From: Eledone cirrhosa
Taxonomy: Eukaryota
NCBI GenBank assembly: GCA_964016885.1
Contig: OZ024742.1
Location: 376,278,001 to 376,342,000 of the forward strand
Length of the DNA: 64,000 nt
Direction: 5' to 3'
The notes below the pieces were generated by a model that was not told the origin of the DNA, did not search any database, and saw only the letters and a program-made list of their open reading frames with translations. This document shows, piece by piece, positions 15,001 to 30,000 of the stretch (within the stretch, counting starts at the first letter, position 1; each line of letters starts with the position of its first letter). The translations under genes were made by a program, and so were the position numbers.

Positions 15001-18000
15001 CCTAATTCTGTACCTTCTCCCACTACAATAATATACTTGTAACCCCTAATTCTGTACCTACTTCCCCTACAATAACATACCGGTAACCCCTAATCCTGTA
15101 CCCTCTCACCTTACAGTAATATACCTGTAACCCCTAATTCTGTGCCTTCTCACCTTACAATAATATACCTAAAACCCCTAATTCTGTTCCTTCTCACCTT
15201 ACAATAATATACCAGTACCCCTAATTCTATACCTTCTCCCACTACAATAATATACCTGTAACCCCTAATTCTGTTCCTTCTCACCCTACAATAATATACT
15301 TGTAACCCGTACTTCTGTACCTACTTCCCCTACAATAATATACCTGTAACCCCTAATTTTGTACCTTCTCACCCTACAATAATATACCTGTAACCCCTAA
15401 TTCTGTTCCTTCTTACCCTACAATGATATACCTGTAACCCCTAACTCTGTACCTTCTCCCGCTACAATAATATACCTGTAACCCTTAATTCTGTACCTTC
15501 TCCCACTACAATAATATACCTGTAACCCCTAATTCTGTTCGTTCTCACCTTACAATAATATACCTGTAACCCCTAATTCTGTACCTTCTTATCCTACTAT
15601 AATATACCTGGAACCCCTAAGTCTGTACCTTCTCCCGCTACAAAAATATACCTGTAACCCCTAATTCTGTACCTTCTTACCCTACAATAATATACCTGTA
15701 ACCCCTAATTCTGTTCCTTCTCACCCTACAATAATATACCTGTAACCCCTAATTCTGTACCTTCTTGCTCTACAATAATATACCTGTAACCCCTAATTCT
15801 GTTCCTTCTCACCCTACAATAATATACCTGTAACCCCTAATTCTGTTCCTTCTTACTCTACAATAATATACCTGTAACCCCTAATTCTGTTCCTTCTCAC
15901 CCTACAATAATATACCTGTAACCCCTAATTCTGTACCTTCTCACCCTACAATAATATACCTGTAACCCCTAATTCTGTACCTTACTCTACAATAATATAC
16001 CCGTAAGCCCTAATTCTGTACCTTCTCACCCTACCATAATATACCTGTAACCCCTAATTCTGTACCTTCTCACCCTAAAATAATATACCTGTTACCCCTA
16101 ATTCTGTACCTTCTCACCCTACATTAATATACCTGTAACCCCTAATTCTGTACCTTCTTACCCTACAATAATATACCTGTAACCCCTAATTCTGTAACTT
16201 CTTACTCTACAATAATATACCTGTAACCCCTAATTCTGTTCCTTCTCACCCTACAATAATATACCTGTAACCCCTAATTCTGTTCCTTCTTACTCTACAA
16301 TAATATACCTGTAACCCCTAATACTGTTCCTTCTCACCCTACAATAATATACCTGTAACCCCTAATTCTGTACCTTCTCACCCTACAATAATATACCTGT
16401 AACCCCTAATTCTGTACCTTCTCACCCTACAATAATATACCTGTAACCTCTAATTCTGTACCTTCTCACCTTACAATAATATACCTGTAACCCCTAATTC
16501 TGTACCTTCTCACCCTACAATAATATACCTGTAACCCCTAATTCTGTACCTTCTCACCCTACAATAATATACCTGTAACCCCTAATTCTGTTCCTTCTCA
16601 CCCTACAATAATATACCTGTAACCCCTAATTCTGTACCTTCTCACCCTACAATAATATACCTGTAACCCCTAATTCTGTTCCTTCTCACCCTACAATAAT
16701 ATACCTGTACCCCCTAATTCTGTCACTTCTTACTCTACAATAATATACCTGTAACCCCTAATTCTGTACCCTCTCACCATACAATAATATACCTGTAACC
16801 CCTAATTTTGGACCTTCTTACTCTACAATAATATACCTGTAACCCCTAATTCTGTACCTTCTCACCCTACAATAATATACCTGTAACCCCTAATTCTGTT
16901 CCTTCTTACCCTACAATAATATACCTGTAACCCCTAACTCTGTACCTTCTCCCGCTACAATAATATACCTGTAACCCCTAATTCTGTACCTTCTCCCACT
17001 ACAATAATATACTTGTAACCCCTAATTCTGTACCTACTTCCCCTACAATAACATACCGGTAACCCCTAATTCTGTACCCTCTCACCTTACAGTAATATAC
17101 CTGTAACCCCTAATTCTGTGCCTTCTCACCTTACAATAATATACCTAAAACCCCTAATTCTGTTCCTTCTCACCTTACAATAATATACCAGTAACCCCTA
17201 ATTCTATACCTTCTCCCACTACAATAATATACCTGTAACCCCTAATTCTGTTCCTTCTCACTCTACAATAATATACTTGTAACCCCTACTTCTGTACCTA
17301 CTTCATCTACAATGATATACCTGTAACCCCTAATTTTGTACCTTCTCACCCTACAATAATATACCTGTAACCCCTAATTCTGTTCCTTCTTATCCTACAA
17401 TAATATACCTGTAACCCCTAACTCTGTACCTTCTCCCGCTACAATAATATACCTGTAACCCTTAATTCTGTACATTCTCCCACTACAATAATATACCTGT
17501 AACCCCTAATTCTGTTCGTTCTCACCTTACAATAATATACCTGTAACCCCTAATTCGGTACCTTCTTATCCTACTATAATATACCTGTAACCCCTAAGTC
17601 TGTACCTTCTCCCGCTACAAAAATATACCTGTAACCCCTAATTCTGTACCTTCTTACCCTACAATAATATACCTGTAACCCCTAATTCTGTTCCTTCTCA
17701 CCCTACAATAATATACCTGTAACCCCTAATTCTGTACCTCCTTGCTCTACAATAATATACCTGTAACCCCTAATTCTGTTCCTTCTCACCCTACAATAAT
17801 ATACCTGTAACCCCTAATTCTGTTCCTTCTTACTCTACAATAATATACCTGTAACCCCTAATTCTGTTCCTTCTCACCCTACAATAATATACCTGTAACC
17901 CCTAATTCTGTACCTTACTCTACAATAATATACCTGTAACCCCTAATTCTGTACCTTCTCACCCTACAATAATATACCTGTAACCCCTAATTCTGTACCT

Positions 18001-21000
18001 TACTCTACAATAATATACCCGTAAGCCCTAATTCTGTACCTTCTCACCCTACCATAATATACCTGTAACCCCTAATTCTGTACCTTCTCACCCTAAAATA
18101 ATATACCTGTAACCCCTAATTCTGTACCTTCTCACCCTACATTAATATACCTGTAACCCCTAATTCTGTACCTTCTTACCCTACAATAATATACCTGTAA
18201 CCCCTAATTCTGTAACTTCTTACTCTACAATAATATACCTGTAACCCCTAATTCTGTTCCTTCTCACCCTACAATAATATACCTGTAACCCCTAATTCTG
18301 TTCCTTCTTACTCTACAATAATATACCTGTAACCCCTAATACTGTTCCTTCTCACCCTACAATAATATACCTGTAACCCCTAATTCTGTACCTTCTCACC
18401 CTACAATAATATACCTGTAACCCCTAATTCTGTACCTTACTCTACAATAATATACCTGTAACCCCTAATTCTGTACCTTCTCACCCTACAATAATATACC
18501 TGTAACCCCTAATTCTGTTCCTTCTCACCCTACAATAATATACCTGTAACCTCTAATTCTGTACCTTCTCACCCTACAATAATATACCTGTAACCCCTAA
18601 TTCTCTACCTTCTCACCCTACAATAATATACCTGTAACCCCTAATTCTGTACCTTCTCACCCTACAATAATATACCTGTAACCCCTAATTCTGTTCCTTC
18701 TCACCCTACAATAATATACCTGTAACCCCTAATTCTGTACCTTCTCACCCTACAATAATATACCTGTAACCCCTAATTCTGTTCCTTCTCACCCTACAAT
18801 AATATACCTGTACCCCCTAATTCTGTCACTTCTTACTCTACAATAATATACCTGTAACCCCTAATTCTGTACCCTCTCACCATACAATAATATACCTGTA
18901 ACCCCTAATTCTGTACCTTCTCACCCTACAATAATATACCTGTAACCCCTAATTCTGTACCTTCTCATCCTACATTAATATACCTGTAACCCCTAATTCT
19001 GTACCTTATTACCCTACAATAATATACCTGTAACCCCTAATTCTGTACCTTCTCACCCTACAATAATATACCTGTAACCCCTAATTCTGTTCCTTCTCAC
19101 CCTACAATAATATACCTGTAACCCCTTATTCTGTTCCTTCTTACCCTACAATATATACCTGTAACCCCTAATTCTGTACCTTCTTACCCTACAATAATAT
19201 ACCTGTAACGCCTAATTCTGTTCCTTCTCACCCTACAATAATATACCTGTAACCCCTAATTCTGTACCTTCTTACTCTACAATAATATACCTGTAACCCC
19301 TAATTCTGTTCCTTCTCACCCTACAATAATATACCTGTAACCCCTAATTCTGTTCCTTCTTACTCTACAATAATATACCTGTAACCCCTAATTCTGTTCC
19401 TTCTTACCCTACAATAATATACCTGTAACCCCTAATTCTCTACCTTCTTACCCTACAATAATATACCTGTAACCCGTAATTCCGTTCCTTCTCACCCTAC
19501 AATAATATACCTGTAACCCCTAATTCTGTACCTTCTTACCCTACAATAATATACCTGTAACCCCTAATTCTGTTCCTTCTCACCCTACAATAATATACCT
19601 GTAACCCCTAATTCTGTACCTTCTTGCTCTACAATAATATACCTGTAACCCCTAATTCTGTTCCTTCTCACCCTACAATAATATACCTGTAACCCCTAAT
19701 TCTGTAGCTTACTCTACAATAATATACCTGTAATCCCTAATTCTGTACCTTCTCACCCTACAATAATATACCTGTAACCCCTAATTCTGTAGCTTACTCT
19801 ACAATAATATACCTGTAAGCCCTAATTCTGTACCTTCTTATCCTACTATAATATACCTGTAACCCCTAAGTCTGTACCTTCTCCCGCTACAATAATATAC
19901 CTGTAACCCCTAATTCTATACCTTCTCCCACTACAATAATATACCTGTAACCCCTAATTCTGTTCCTTCTCACCCTACAATAATATACTTGTAACCCCTA
20001 ATTCTGTACCTACTTCACCTACAATAATATACCTGTAACCCCTAATTTTGTACCTTCTCATCCTACAATAATATACTTGTAACCCCTAATTCTGTACCTA
20101 CTTCCCCTACAATAATATACCTGTAACCCCTGATTTTGTACCTTCTCACCCTACAATAATATACCTGTAACCCCTAATTCTGTTCCTTCTTACCCTACAA
20201 TAATATACCTGTAACCCCTAACTCTGTACCTTCTCCCGCTACAATAATATACCTGTAACCCTTAATTCTGTACCTTCTCCCACTACAATAATATACCTGT
20301 AATCCCTAATGCTGTTCCTTCTCACCCTACAATAATATACTTGTAACCCCTAATTCTGTTCCTTCTTACCCTACAATAATCTACCTGTAACCCCTAATTC
20401 TGATCGTTCTCACCTTACAATAATATACCTGTAACCCCTAATTCTGTTCCTTCTTACCCTACAATAATATACCTGTAATCCCTAATTCTGTAGCTTCACA
20501 CCCTACAATAATATACCTGTAACCCCTAATTCTGTTCCTTCTTACACTACAATAATATACCTGTAATCCCTATTTCTGTTCCTTCTTACCCTACAATAAT
20601 ATCCTTGTAACCCCTAATTCTGTACCCTCTTACCATACAATAATATATCTGTAACCCTTAATTCTGTTCCTTACCCTACAATAATATACCTGTAACCCCT
20701 AATTCTGTTCCTTCCCACCTTACAGTAATATACATGAAACCCCTAATTCTGTTCCTTCTCACCTTACAATAATATACCTGTAACCCCTAATTCTGTACCT
20801 TCTTATCCTACTATAATATACCTGTAACCCCTAAGTCTGTACCTTCTCCCGCTACAATAATATACCTGTAACCCCTAATTCTATAACTTCCCCACTACAA
20901 TAATATACCTGTAACCCCTAATTCTGTTCCTTCTCACCCTACAATAATATACTTGTAACCCCTAATTCTGTACCTACTTCCCCTACAATAATATACCTAT

Positions 21001-24000
21001 ATCCCCTAATTTTGTACCTTCTTACCCTACAATAATATACCTGTAACCCCTAATTCTGTACCTTCTCACCCTACAATAATATACCTGCAACCCCTATTTC
21101 TGTTCCTTCTTACCCTACAATAATATACCTGTAACCCCTAACTCTGTACCTTCTCCCGCTACAATAATATACCTGTAACCCCTAATTCTGTACCTTCTCC
21201 CACTACAATAATATACTTGTAACCCCTAATTCTGTACCTACTTCCCCTACAATAACATACCGGTAACCCCTAATCCTGTACCCTCTCACCTTACAGTAAT
21301 ATACCTGTAACCCCTAATTCTGTGCCTTCTCACCTTACAATAATATACCTAAAACCCCTAATTCTGTTCCTTCTCACCTTACAATAATATACCAGTAACC
21401 CCTAATTCTATACCTTCTCCCACTACAATAATATACCTGTAACCCCTAATTCTGTTCCTTCTCACCCTACAATAATATACTTGTAACCCCTACTTCTGTA
21501 CCTACTTCCCCTACAATTATATACCTGTAACCCCTAATTTTGTACCTTCTCACCCTACAATAATATACCTGTAACCCCTAATTCTGTTCCTTCTTACCCT
21601 ACAATAATATACCTGTAACCCCTAACTCTGTACCTTCTCCCGCTACAATAATATACCTGTAACCCTTAATTCTGTACCTTCTCCCACTACAATAATATAC
21701 CTGTAACCCCTAATTCTGTTCGTTCTCACCTTACAATAATATACCTGTAACCCCTAATTCTGTACCTTCTTATCCTACTATAATATACCTGTAACCCCTA
21801 AGTCTGTACCTTCTCCCGCTACAAAAATATACCTGTAACCCCTAATTCTGTACCTTCTTACCCTACAATAATATACCTGTAACCCCTAATTCTGTTCCTT
21901 CTCACCCTACAATAATATACCTGTAACCCCTAATTCTGTACCTTCTTGCTCTACAATAATATACCTGTAACCCCTAATTCTGTTCCTTCTCACCCTACAA
22001 TAATATACCTGTAACCCCTAATTCTGTTCCTTCTTACTCTACAATAATATACCTGTAACCCCTAATTCTGTTCCTTCTCACCCTACAATAATATACCTGT
22101 AACCCCTAATTCTGTACCTTACTCTACAATAATATACCTGTAACCCCTAATTCTGTACCTTCTCACCCTACAATAATATACCTGTAACCCCTAATTCTGT
22201 ACCTTACTCTACAATAATATACCCGTAAGCCCTAATTCTGTACCTTCTCACCCTACAATAATATACCTGTAACCCCTAATTCTGTACCTTCTCACCCTAA
22301 AATAATATACCTGTAACCCCTAATTCTGTACCTTCTCACCCTACATTAATATACCTGTAACCCCTAATTCTGTACCTTCTTACCCTACAATAATATACCT
22401 GTAACCCCTAATTCTGTAACTTCTTACTCTACAATAATATACCTGTAACCCCTAATTCTGTTCCTTCTCACCCTACAATAATATACCTGTAACCCCTAAT
22501 TCTGTTCCTTCTTACTCTACAATAATATACCTGTAACCCCTAATACTGTTCCTTCTCACCCTACAATAATATACCTGTAACCCCTAATTCTGTACCTTAT
22601 CCTACTATAATATACCTGTAACCCCTAAGTCTGTACCTTCTCCCGCTACAATAATATACCTGTAACCCCTAATTCTATAACTTCTCCCACTACAATAATA
22701 TACCTGTAACCCCTAATTCTGTTCCTTCTCACCCTACAATAATATACTTGTAACCCCTAATTCTGTACCTACTTCCCCTACAATAATATACCTGTAACCC
22801 CTAATTTTGTACCTTCTTACCCTACAATAATATACCTGTAACCCCTAATTCTGTACCTTCTCACCCTACAATAATATACCTGTAACCCCTAATTCTGTTC
22901 CTTCTTACCCTACAATAATATACCTGTAACCCCTAACTCTGTACCTTCTCCCGCTACAATAATATACCTGTAACCCCTAATTCTGTACCTTCTCCCACTA
23001 CAATAATATACTTGTAACCCCTAATTCTGTAACTACTTCCCCTACAATAACATACCGGTAACCCCTAATTCTGTACCCTCTCACTTTACAGTAATATACC
23101 TGTAACCCCTAATTCTGTGCCTTCTCACCTTACAATAATATACCTAAAACCCCTAATTCTGTTCCTTCTCACCTTACAATAATATACCAGTAACCCCTAA
23201 TTCTATACCTTCTCCCACTACAATAATATACCTGTAACCCCTAATTCTGTTCCTTCTCACCCTACAATAATATACTTGTAACCCCTACTTCTGTACCTAC
23301 TTCATCTACAATGATATACCTGTAACCCCTAATTTTGTACCTTCTCACCCTACAATAATATACCTGTAACCCCTAATTCTGTTCCTTCTTATCCTACAAT
23401 AATATACCTGTAACCCCTAACTCTGTACCTTCTCCCGCTACAATAATATACCTGTAACCCTTAATTCTGTACATTCTCCCACTACAATAATATACCTGTA
23501 ACCCCTAATTCTGTTCGTTCTCACCCTACAATAATATACCTGTAACCCCTAATTCTGTACCTTATCCTACTATAATATACCTGTAACCCCTAAGTCTGTA
23601 CCTTCTCCCGCTACAATAATATACCTGTAACCCCTAATTCTATAACTTCTCCCACTACAATAATATACCTGTAACTCTAATTCTGTTCCTTCTCACCCTA
23701 CAATATATACTTGTAACCCCTAATTCTGTACCTACTTCCCCTACAATAATATACCTGTAACCCCTAATTTTGTACCTTCTTACCCTACAATAATATACCT
23801 GTAACCCCTAATTCTGTACCTTCTCACCCTACAATAATATACCTGTAACCCCTAATTCTGTTCCTTCTTACCCTACAATAATATACCTGTAACCCCTAAC
23901 TCTGTACCTTCTCCCGCTACGATAATATACCTGTAACCCCTAATTCTGTACCTTCTCCCACTACAATAATATACTTGTAACCCCTAATTCTGTAACTACT

Positions 24001-27000
24001 TCCCCTACAATAACATACCGGTAACCCCTAATTCTGTACCCTCTCACCTTACAGTAATATACCTGTAACCCCTAATTCTGTGCCTTCTCACCTTACAATA
24101 ATATACCTAAAACCCCTAATTCTGTTCCTTCTCACCTTACAATAATATACCAGTAACCCCTAATTCTATACCTTCTCCCACTACAATAATATACCTGTAA
24201 CCCCTAATTCTGTTCCTTCTCACCCTACAATAATATACTTGTAACCCCTACTTCTGTACCTACTTCATCTACAATGATATACCTGTAACCCCTAATTTTG
24301 TACCTTCTCACCCTACAATAATATACCTGTAACCCCTAATTCTGTTCCTTCTTATCCTACAATAATATACCTGTAACCCCTAACTCTGTACCTTCTCCCG
24401 CTACAATAATATACCTGTAACCCTTAATTCTGTACATTCTCCCACTACAATAATATACCTGTAACCCCTAATTCTGTTCGTTCTCACCTTACAATAATAT
24501 ACCTGTAACCCCTAAGTCTGTACCTTCTCCCGCTACAATAATATACCTGTAACCCCTAATTCTATAACTTCTCCCACTACAATAATATACCTGTAACCCC
24601 TAATTCTGTTCCATCTCACCCTACAATAATATACTTGTAACCCCTAATTCTGTACCTACTTCCCCTACAATAATATACCTGTAACCCCTAATTTTGTACC
24701 TTCTTACCCTACAATAATATACCTGTAACCCCTAATTCTGTACCTTACTCTACAATAATATACCTGTAACCCCTAATTCTGTACCTTCTCACCCTACAAT
24801 AATATACCTGTAACCCCTAATTCTGTTCCTTCTCACCCTACAATAATATACCTGTAACCTCTAATTCTGTACCTTCTCACCCTACAATAATATACCTGTA
24901 ACCCCTAATTCTGTACCTTCTCACCCTACAATAATATACCTGTAACCCCTAATTCTGTACCTTCTCACCCTACAATAATATACCTGTAACCCCTAATTCT
25001 GTTCCTTCTCACCCTACAATAATATACCTGTAACCCCTAATTCTGTACCTTCTCACCCTACGATAATATACCTGTAACCCCTAATTCTGTTCCTTCTCAC
25101 CCTACAATAATATACCTGTACCCCCTAATTCTGTCACTTCTTACTCTACAATAATATACCTGTAACCCCTAATTCTGTACCCTCTCACCATACAATAATA
25201 TACCTGTAACCCCTAATTCTGTACCTTCTCACCCTACAATAATATACCTGTAACCCCTAATTCTGTACCTTCTCATCCTACATTAATATACCTGTAACCC
25301 CTAATTCTGTACCTTATTACCCTACAATAATATACCTGTAACCCCTAATTCTGTACCTTCTCACCCTACAATAATATACCTGTAACCCCTAATTCTGTTC
25401 CTTCTCACCCTACAATAATATACCTGTAACCCCTAATTCTGTTCCTTCTTACCCTACAATATATACCTGTAACCCCTAATTCTGTACCTTCTTACCCTAC
25501 AATAATATACCTGTAACCCCTAATTCTGTTCCTTCTCACCCTACAATAATATACCTGTAACCCCTAATTCTGTACCTTCTTACTCTACAATAATATACCT
25601 GTAACCCCTAATTCTGTTCCTTCTCACCCTACAATAATATACCTGTAACCCCTAATTCTGTTCCTTCTTACTCTACAATAATATACCTGTAACCCCTAAT
25701 TCTGTTCCTTCTTACCCTACAATAATATACCTGTAACCCCTAATTCTCTACCTTCTTACCCTACAATAATATACCTGTAACCCGTAATTCCGTTCCTTCT
25801 CACCCTACAATAATATACCTGTAACCCCTAATTCTGTACCTTCTTACCCTACAATAATATACCTGTAACCCCTAATTCTGTTCCTTCTCACCCTACAATA
25901 ATATACCTGTAACCCCTAATTCTGTACCTTCTTGGTCTACAATAATATACCTGTAACCCCTAATTCTGTTCCTTCTCACCCTACAATAATATACCTGTAA
26001 CCCCTAATTCTGTTCCTTCTTACTCTACAATAATATACCTGTAACCCCTAATTCTGTTCCTTCTCACCCTACAATAATATACCTGTAACCCCTAATTCTG
26101 TAGCTTACTCTACAATAATATACCTGTAACCTCTAATTCTGTACCTTCTCACCCTACAATAATATACCTGTAACCCCTAATTCTGTACCTTCTCACCCTA
26201 CAATAATATACCTGTAACCCCTAATTCTGTACCTTCTCACCCTACAATAATATACCTGTAACCCCTAATTCTGTTCCTTCTCACCCTACAATAATATACC
26301 TGTAACCCCTAATTCTGTACCTTCTCACCCTACAATAATATACCTGTAACCCCTAATTCTGTTCCTTCTCACCCTACAATAATATACCTGTACCCCCTAA
26401 TTCTGTCACTTCTTACTCTACAATAATATACCTGTAACCCCTAATTCTGTACCCTCTCACCATACAATAATATACCTGTAACCCCTAATTCTATACCTTC
26501 TCACCCTACAATAATATACCTGTAACCCCTAATTCTGTACCTTCTCATCCTACATTAATATACCTGTAACCCCTAATTCTGTACCTTATTACCCTACAAT
26601 AATATACCTGTAACCCCTAATTCTGTACCTTCTCACCCTACAATAATATACCTGTAACCCCTAATTCTGTTCCTTCTCACCCTACAATAATATACCTGTA
26701 ACCCCTAATTCTGTTCCTTCTTACCCTACAATATATACCTGTAAACCCTAATTCTGTACCTTCTTACCCTACAATAATATACCTGTAACCCCTAATTCTG
26801 TTCCTTCTCACCCTACAATAATATACCTGTAACCCCTAATTCTGTACCTTCTTACTCTACAATAATATACCTGTAACCCCTAATTCTGTTCCTTCTCACC
26901 CTACAATAATATACCTGTAACCCCTAATTCTGTTCCTTCTTACTCTACAATAATATACCTGTAACCCCTAATTCTGTTCCTTCTTACCCTACAATAATAT

Positions 27001-30000
27001 ACCTGTAACCCCTAATTCTCTACCTTCTTACCCTACAATAATATACCTGTAACCCGTAATTCCGTTCCTTCTCACCCTACAATAATATACCTGTAACCCC
27101 TAATTCTGTACCTTCTTACCCTACAATAATATACCTGTAACACCTAATTCTGTTCCTTCTCACCCTACAATAATATACCTGTAACCCCTAATTCTGTAAC
27201 TTCTTACTCTACAATAATATACCTGTAACCCCTAATTCTGTTCCTTCTCACCCTACAATAATATACCTGTAACCCCTAATTCTGTACCTTCTCCCACTAC
27301 AATAATATACTTGTAACCCCTAATTCTGTAACTACTTCCCCTACAATAACATACCTGTAACCCCTAATTCTGTACCTTACTCTACAATAATATACCTGTA
27401 ACCCCTAATTCTGTACCTTATCCTACTATAATATACCTGTAACCCCTAAGTCTGTACCTTCTCCCGCTACAATAATATACCTGTAACCCCTAATTCTATA
27501 ACTTCTCCCACTACAATAATATACCTGTAACCCCTAATTCTGTTCCTTCTTACCCTACAATAATATACCTGTAACCCCTAATTTTGTACCTTCTTACCCT
27601 ACAATAATATACCTGTAACCCCTAATTCTGTACCTTCTCACCCTACAATAATATACCTGTAACCCCTAATTCTGTTCCTTCTTACCCTACAATAATATAC
27701 CTGTAACCCCTAACTCTGTACCTTCTCCCGCTACAATAATATACCTGTAACCCCTAATTCTGTACCTTCTCCCACTACAATAATATACTTGTAACCCCTA
27801 ATTCTGTAACTACTTCCCCTACAATAACATACCGGTAACCCCTAATTCTGTACCCTCTCACCTTACAGTAATATACCTGTAACCCCTAATTCTGTGCCTT
27901 CTCACCTTACAATAATATACCTAAAACCCCTAATTCTGTTCCTTCTCACCTTACAATAATATACCAGTAACCCCTAATTCTATACCTTCTCCCACTACAA
28001 TAATATACCTGTAACCCCTAATTCTGTTCCTTCTCACCCTACAATAATATACTTGTAACCCCTACTTCTGTACCTACTTCATCTACAATGATATACCTGT
28101 AACCCCTAATTTTGTACCTTCTCACCCTACAATAATATACCTGTAACCCCTAATTCTGTTCCTTCTTATCCTACAATAATATACCTGTAACCCCTAACTC
28201 TGTACCTTCTCCCGCTACAATAATATACCTGTAACCCTTAATTCTGTACATTCTCCCACTACAATAATATACCTGTAACCCCTAATTCTGTTCGTTCTCA
28301 CCTTACAATAATATACCTGTAACCCCTAATTCTGTACCTTCTTATCCTACTATAATATACCTGTAACCCCTAAGTCTGTACCTTCTCCCGCTACAAAAAT
28401 ATACCTGTAACCCCTAATTCTGTACCTTCTTACCCTACAATAATATACCTGTAACCCCTAATTCTGTTCCTTCTCACCCTACAATAATATACCTGTAACC
28501 CCTAATTCTGTACCTTCTTGCTCTACAATAATATACCTGTAACCCCTAATTCTGTTCCTTCTCACCCTACAATAATATACCTGTAACCCCTAATTCTGTT
28601 CCTTCTTACTCTACAATAATATACCTGTAACCCCTAATTCTGTTCCTTCTCACCCTACAATAATATACCTGTAACCCCTAATTCTGTACCTTACTCTACA
28701 ATAATATACCTGTAACCCCTAATTCTGTACCTTCTCACCCTACAATAATATACCTGTAACCCCTAATTCTGTACCTTACTCTACAATAATATACCCGTAA
28801 GCCCTAATTCTGTACCTTCTCACCCTACCATAATATACCTGTAACCCCTAATTCTGTACCTTCTCACCCTAAAATAATATACCTGTAACCCCTAATTCTG
28901 TACCTTCTCACCCTACATTAATATACCTGTAACCCCTAATTCTGTACCTTCTTACCCTACAATAATATACCTGTAACCCCTAATTCTGTAACTTCTTACT
29001 CTACAATAATATACCTGTAACCCCTAATTCTGTTCCTTCTCACCCTACAATAATATACCTGTAACCCCTAATTCTGTTCCTTCTTACTCTACAATAATAT
29101 ACCTGTAACCCCTAATACTGTTCCTTCTCACCCTACAATAATATACCTGTAACCCCTAATTCTGTACCTTCTCACCCTACAATAATATACCTGTAACCCC
29201 TAATTCTGTACCTTACTCTACAATAATATACCTGTAACCCCTAATTCTGTACCTTCTCACCCTACAATAATATACCTGTAACCCCTAATTCTGTTCCTTC
29301 TCACCCTACAATAATATACCTGTAACCTCTAATTCTGTACCTTCTCACCTTACAATAATATACCTGTAACCCCTAATTCTGTACCTTCTCACCCTACAAT
29401 AATATACCTGTAACCCCTAATTCTGTACCTTCTCACCCTACAATAATATACCTGTAACCCCTAATTCTGTTCCTTCTCACCCTACAATAATATACCTGTA
29501 ACCCCTAATTCTGTACCTTCTCACCCTACAATAATATACCTGTAACCCCTAATTCTGTTCCTTCTCACCCTACAATAATATACCTGTACCCCCTAATTCT
29601 GTCACTTCTTACTCTACAATAATATACCTGTAACCCCTAATTCTGTACCCTCTCACCATACAATAATATACCTGTAACCCCTAATTTTGTACCTTCTTAC
29701 CCTACAATAATATACCTGTAACCCCTAATTCTGTACCTTCTCACCCTACAATAATATACCTGTAACCCCTAATTCTGTTCCTTCTTACCCTACAATAATA
29801 TACCTGTAACCCCTAACTCTGTACCTTCTCCCGCTACAATAATATACCTGTAACCCCTAATTCTGTACCTTCTCCCACTACAATAATATACTTGTAACCC
29901 TTAATTCTGTACCTACTTCCCCTACAATAACATACCGGTAACCCCTAATTCTGTACCCTCTCACCTTACAGTAATATACCTGTAACCCCTAATTCTGTGC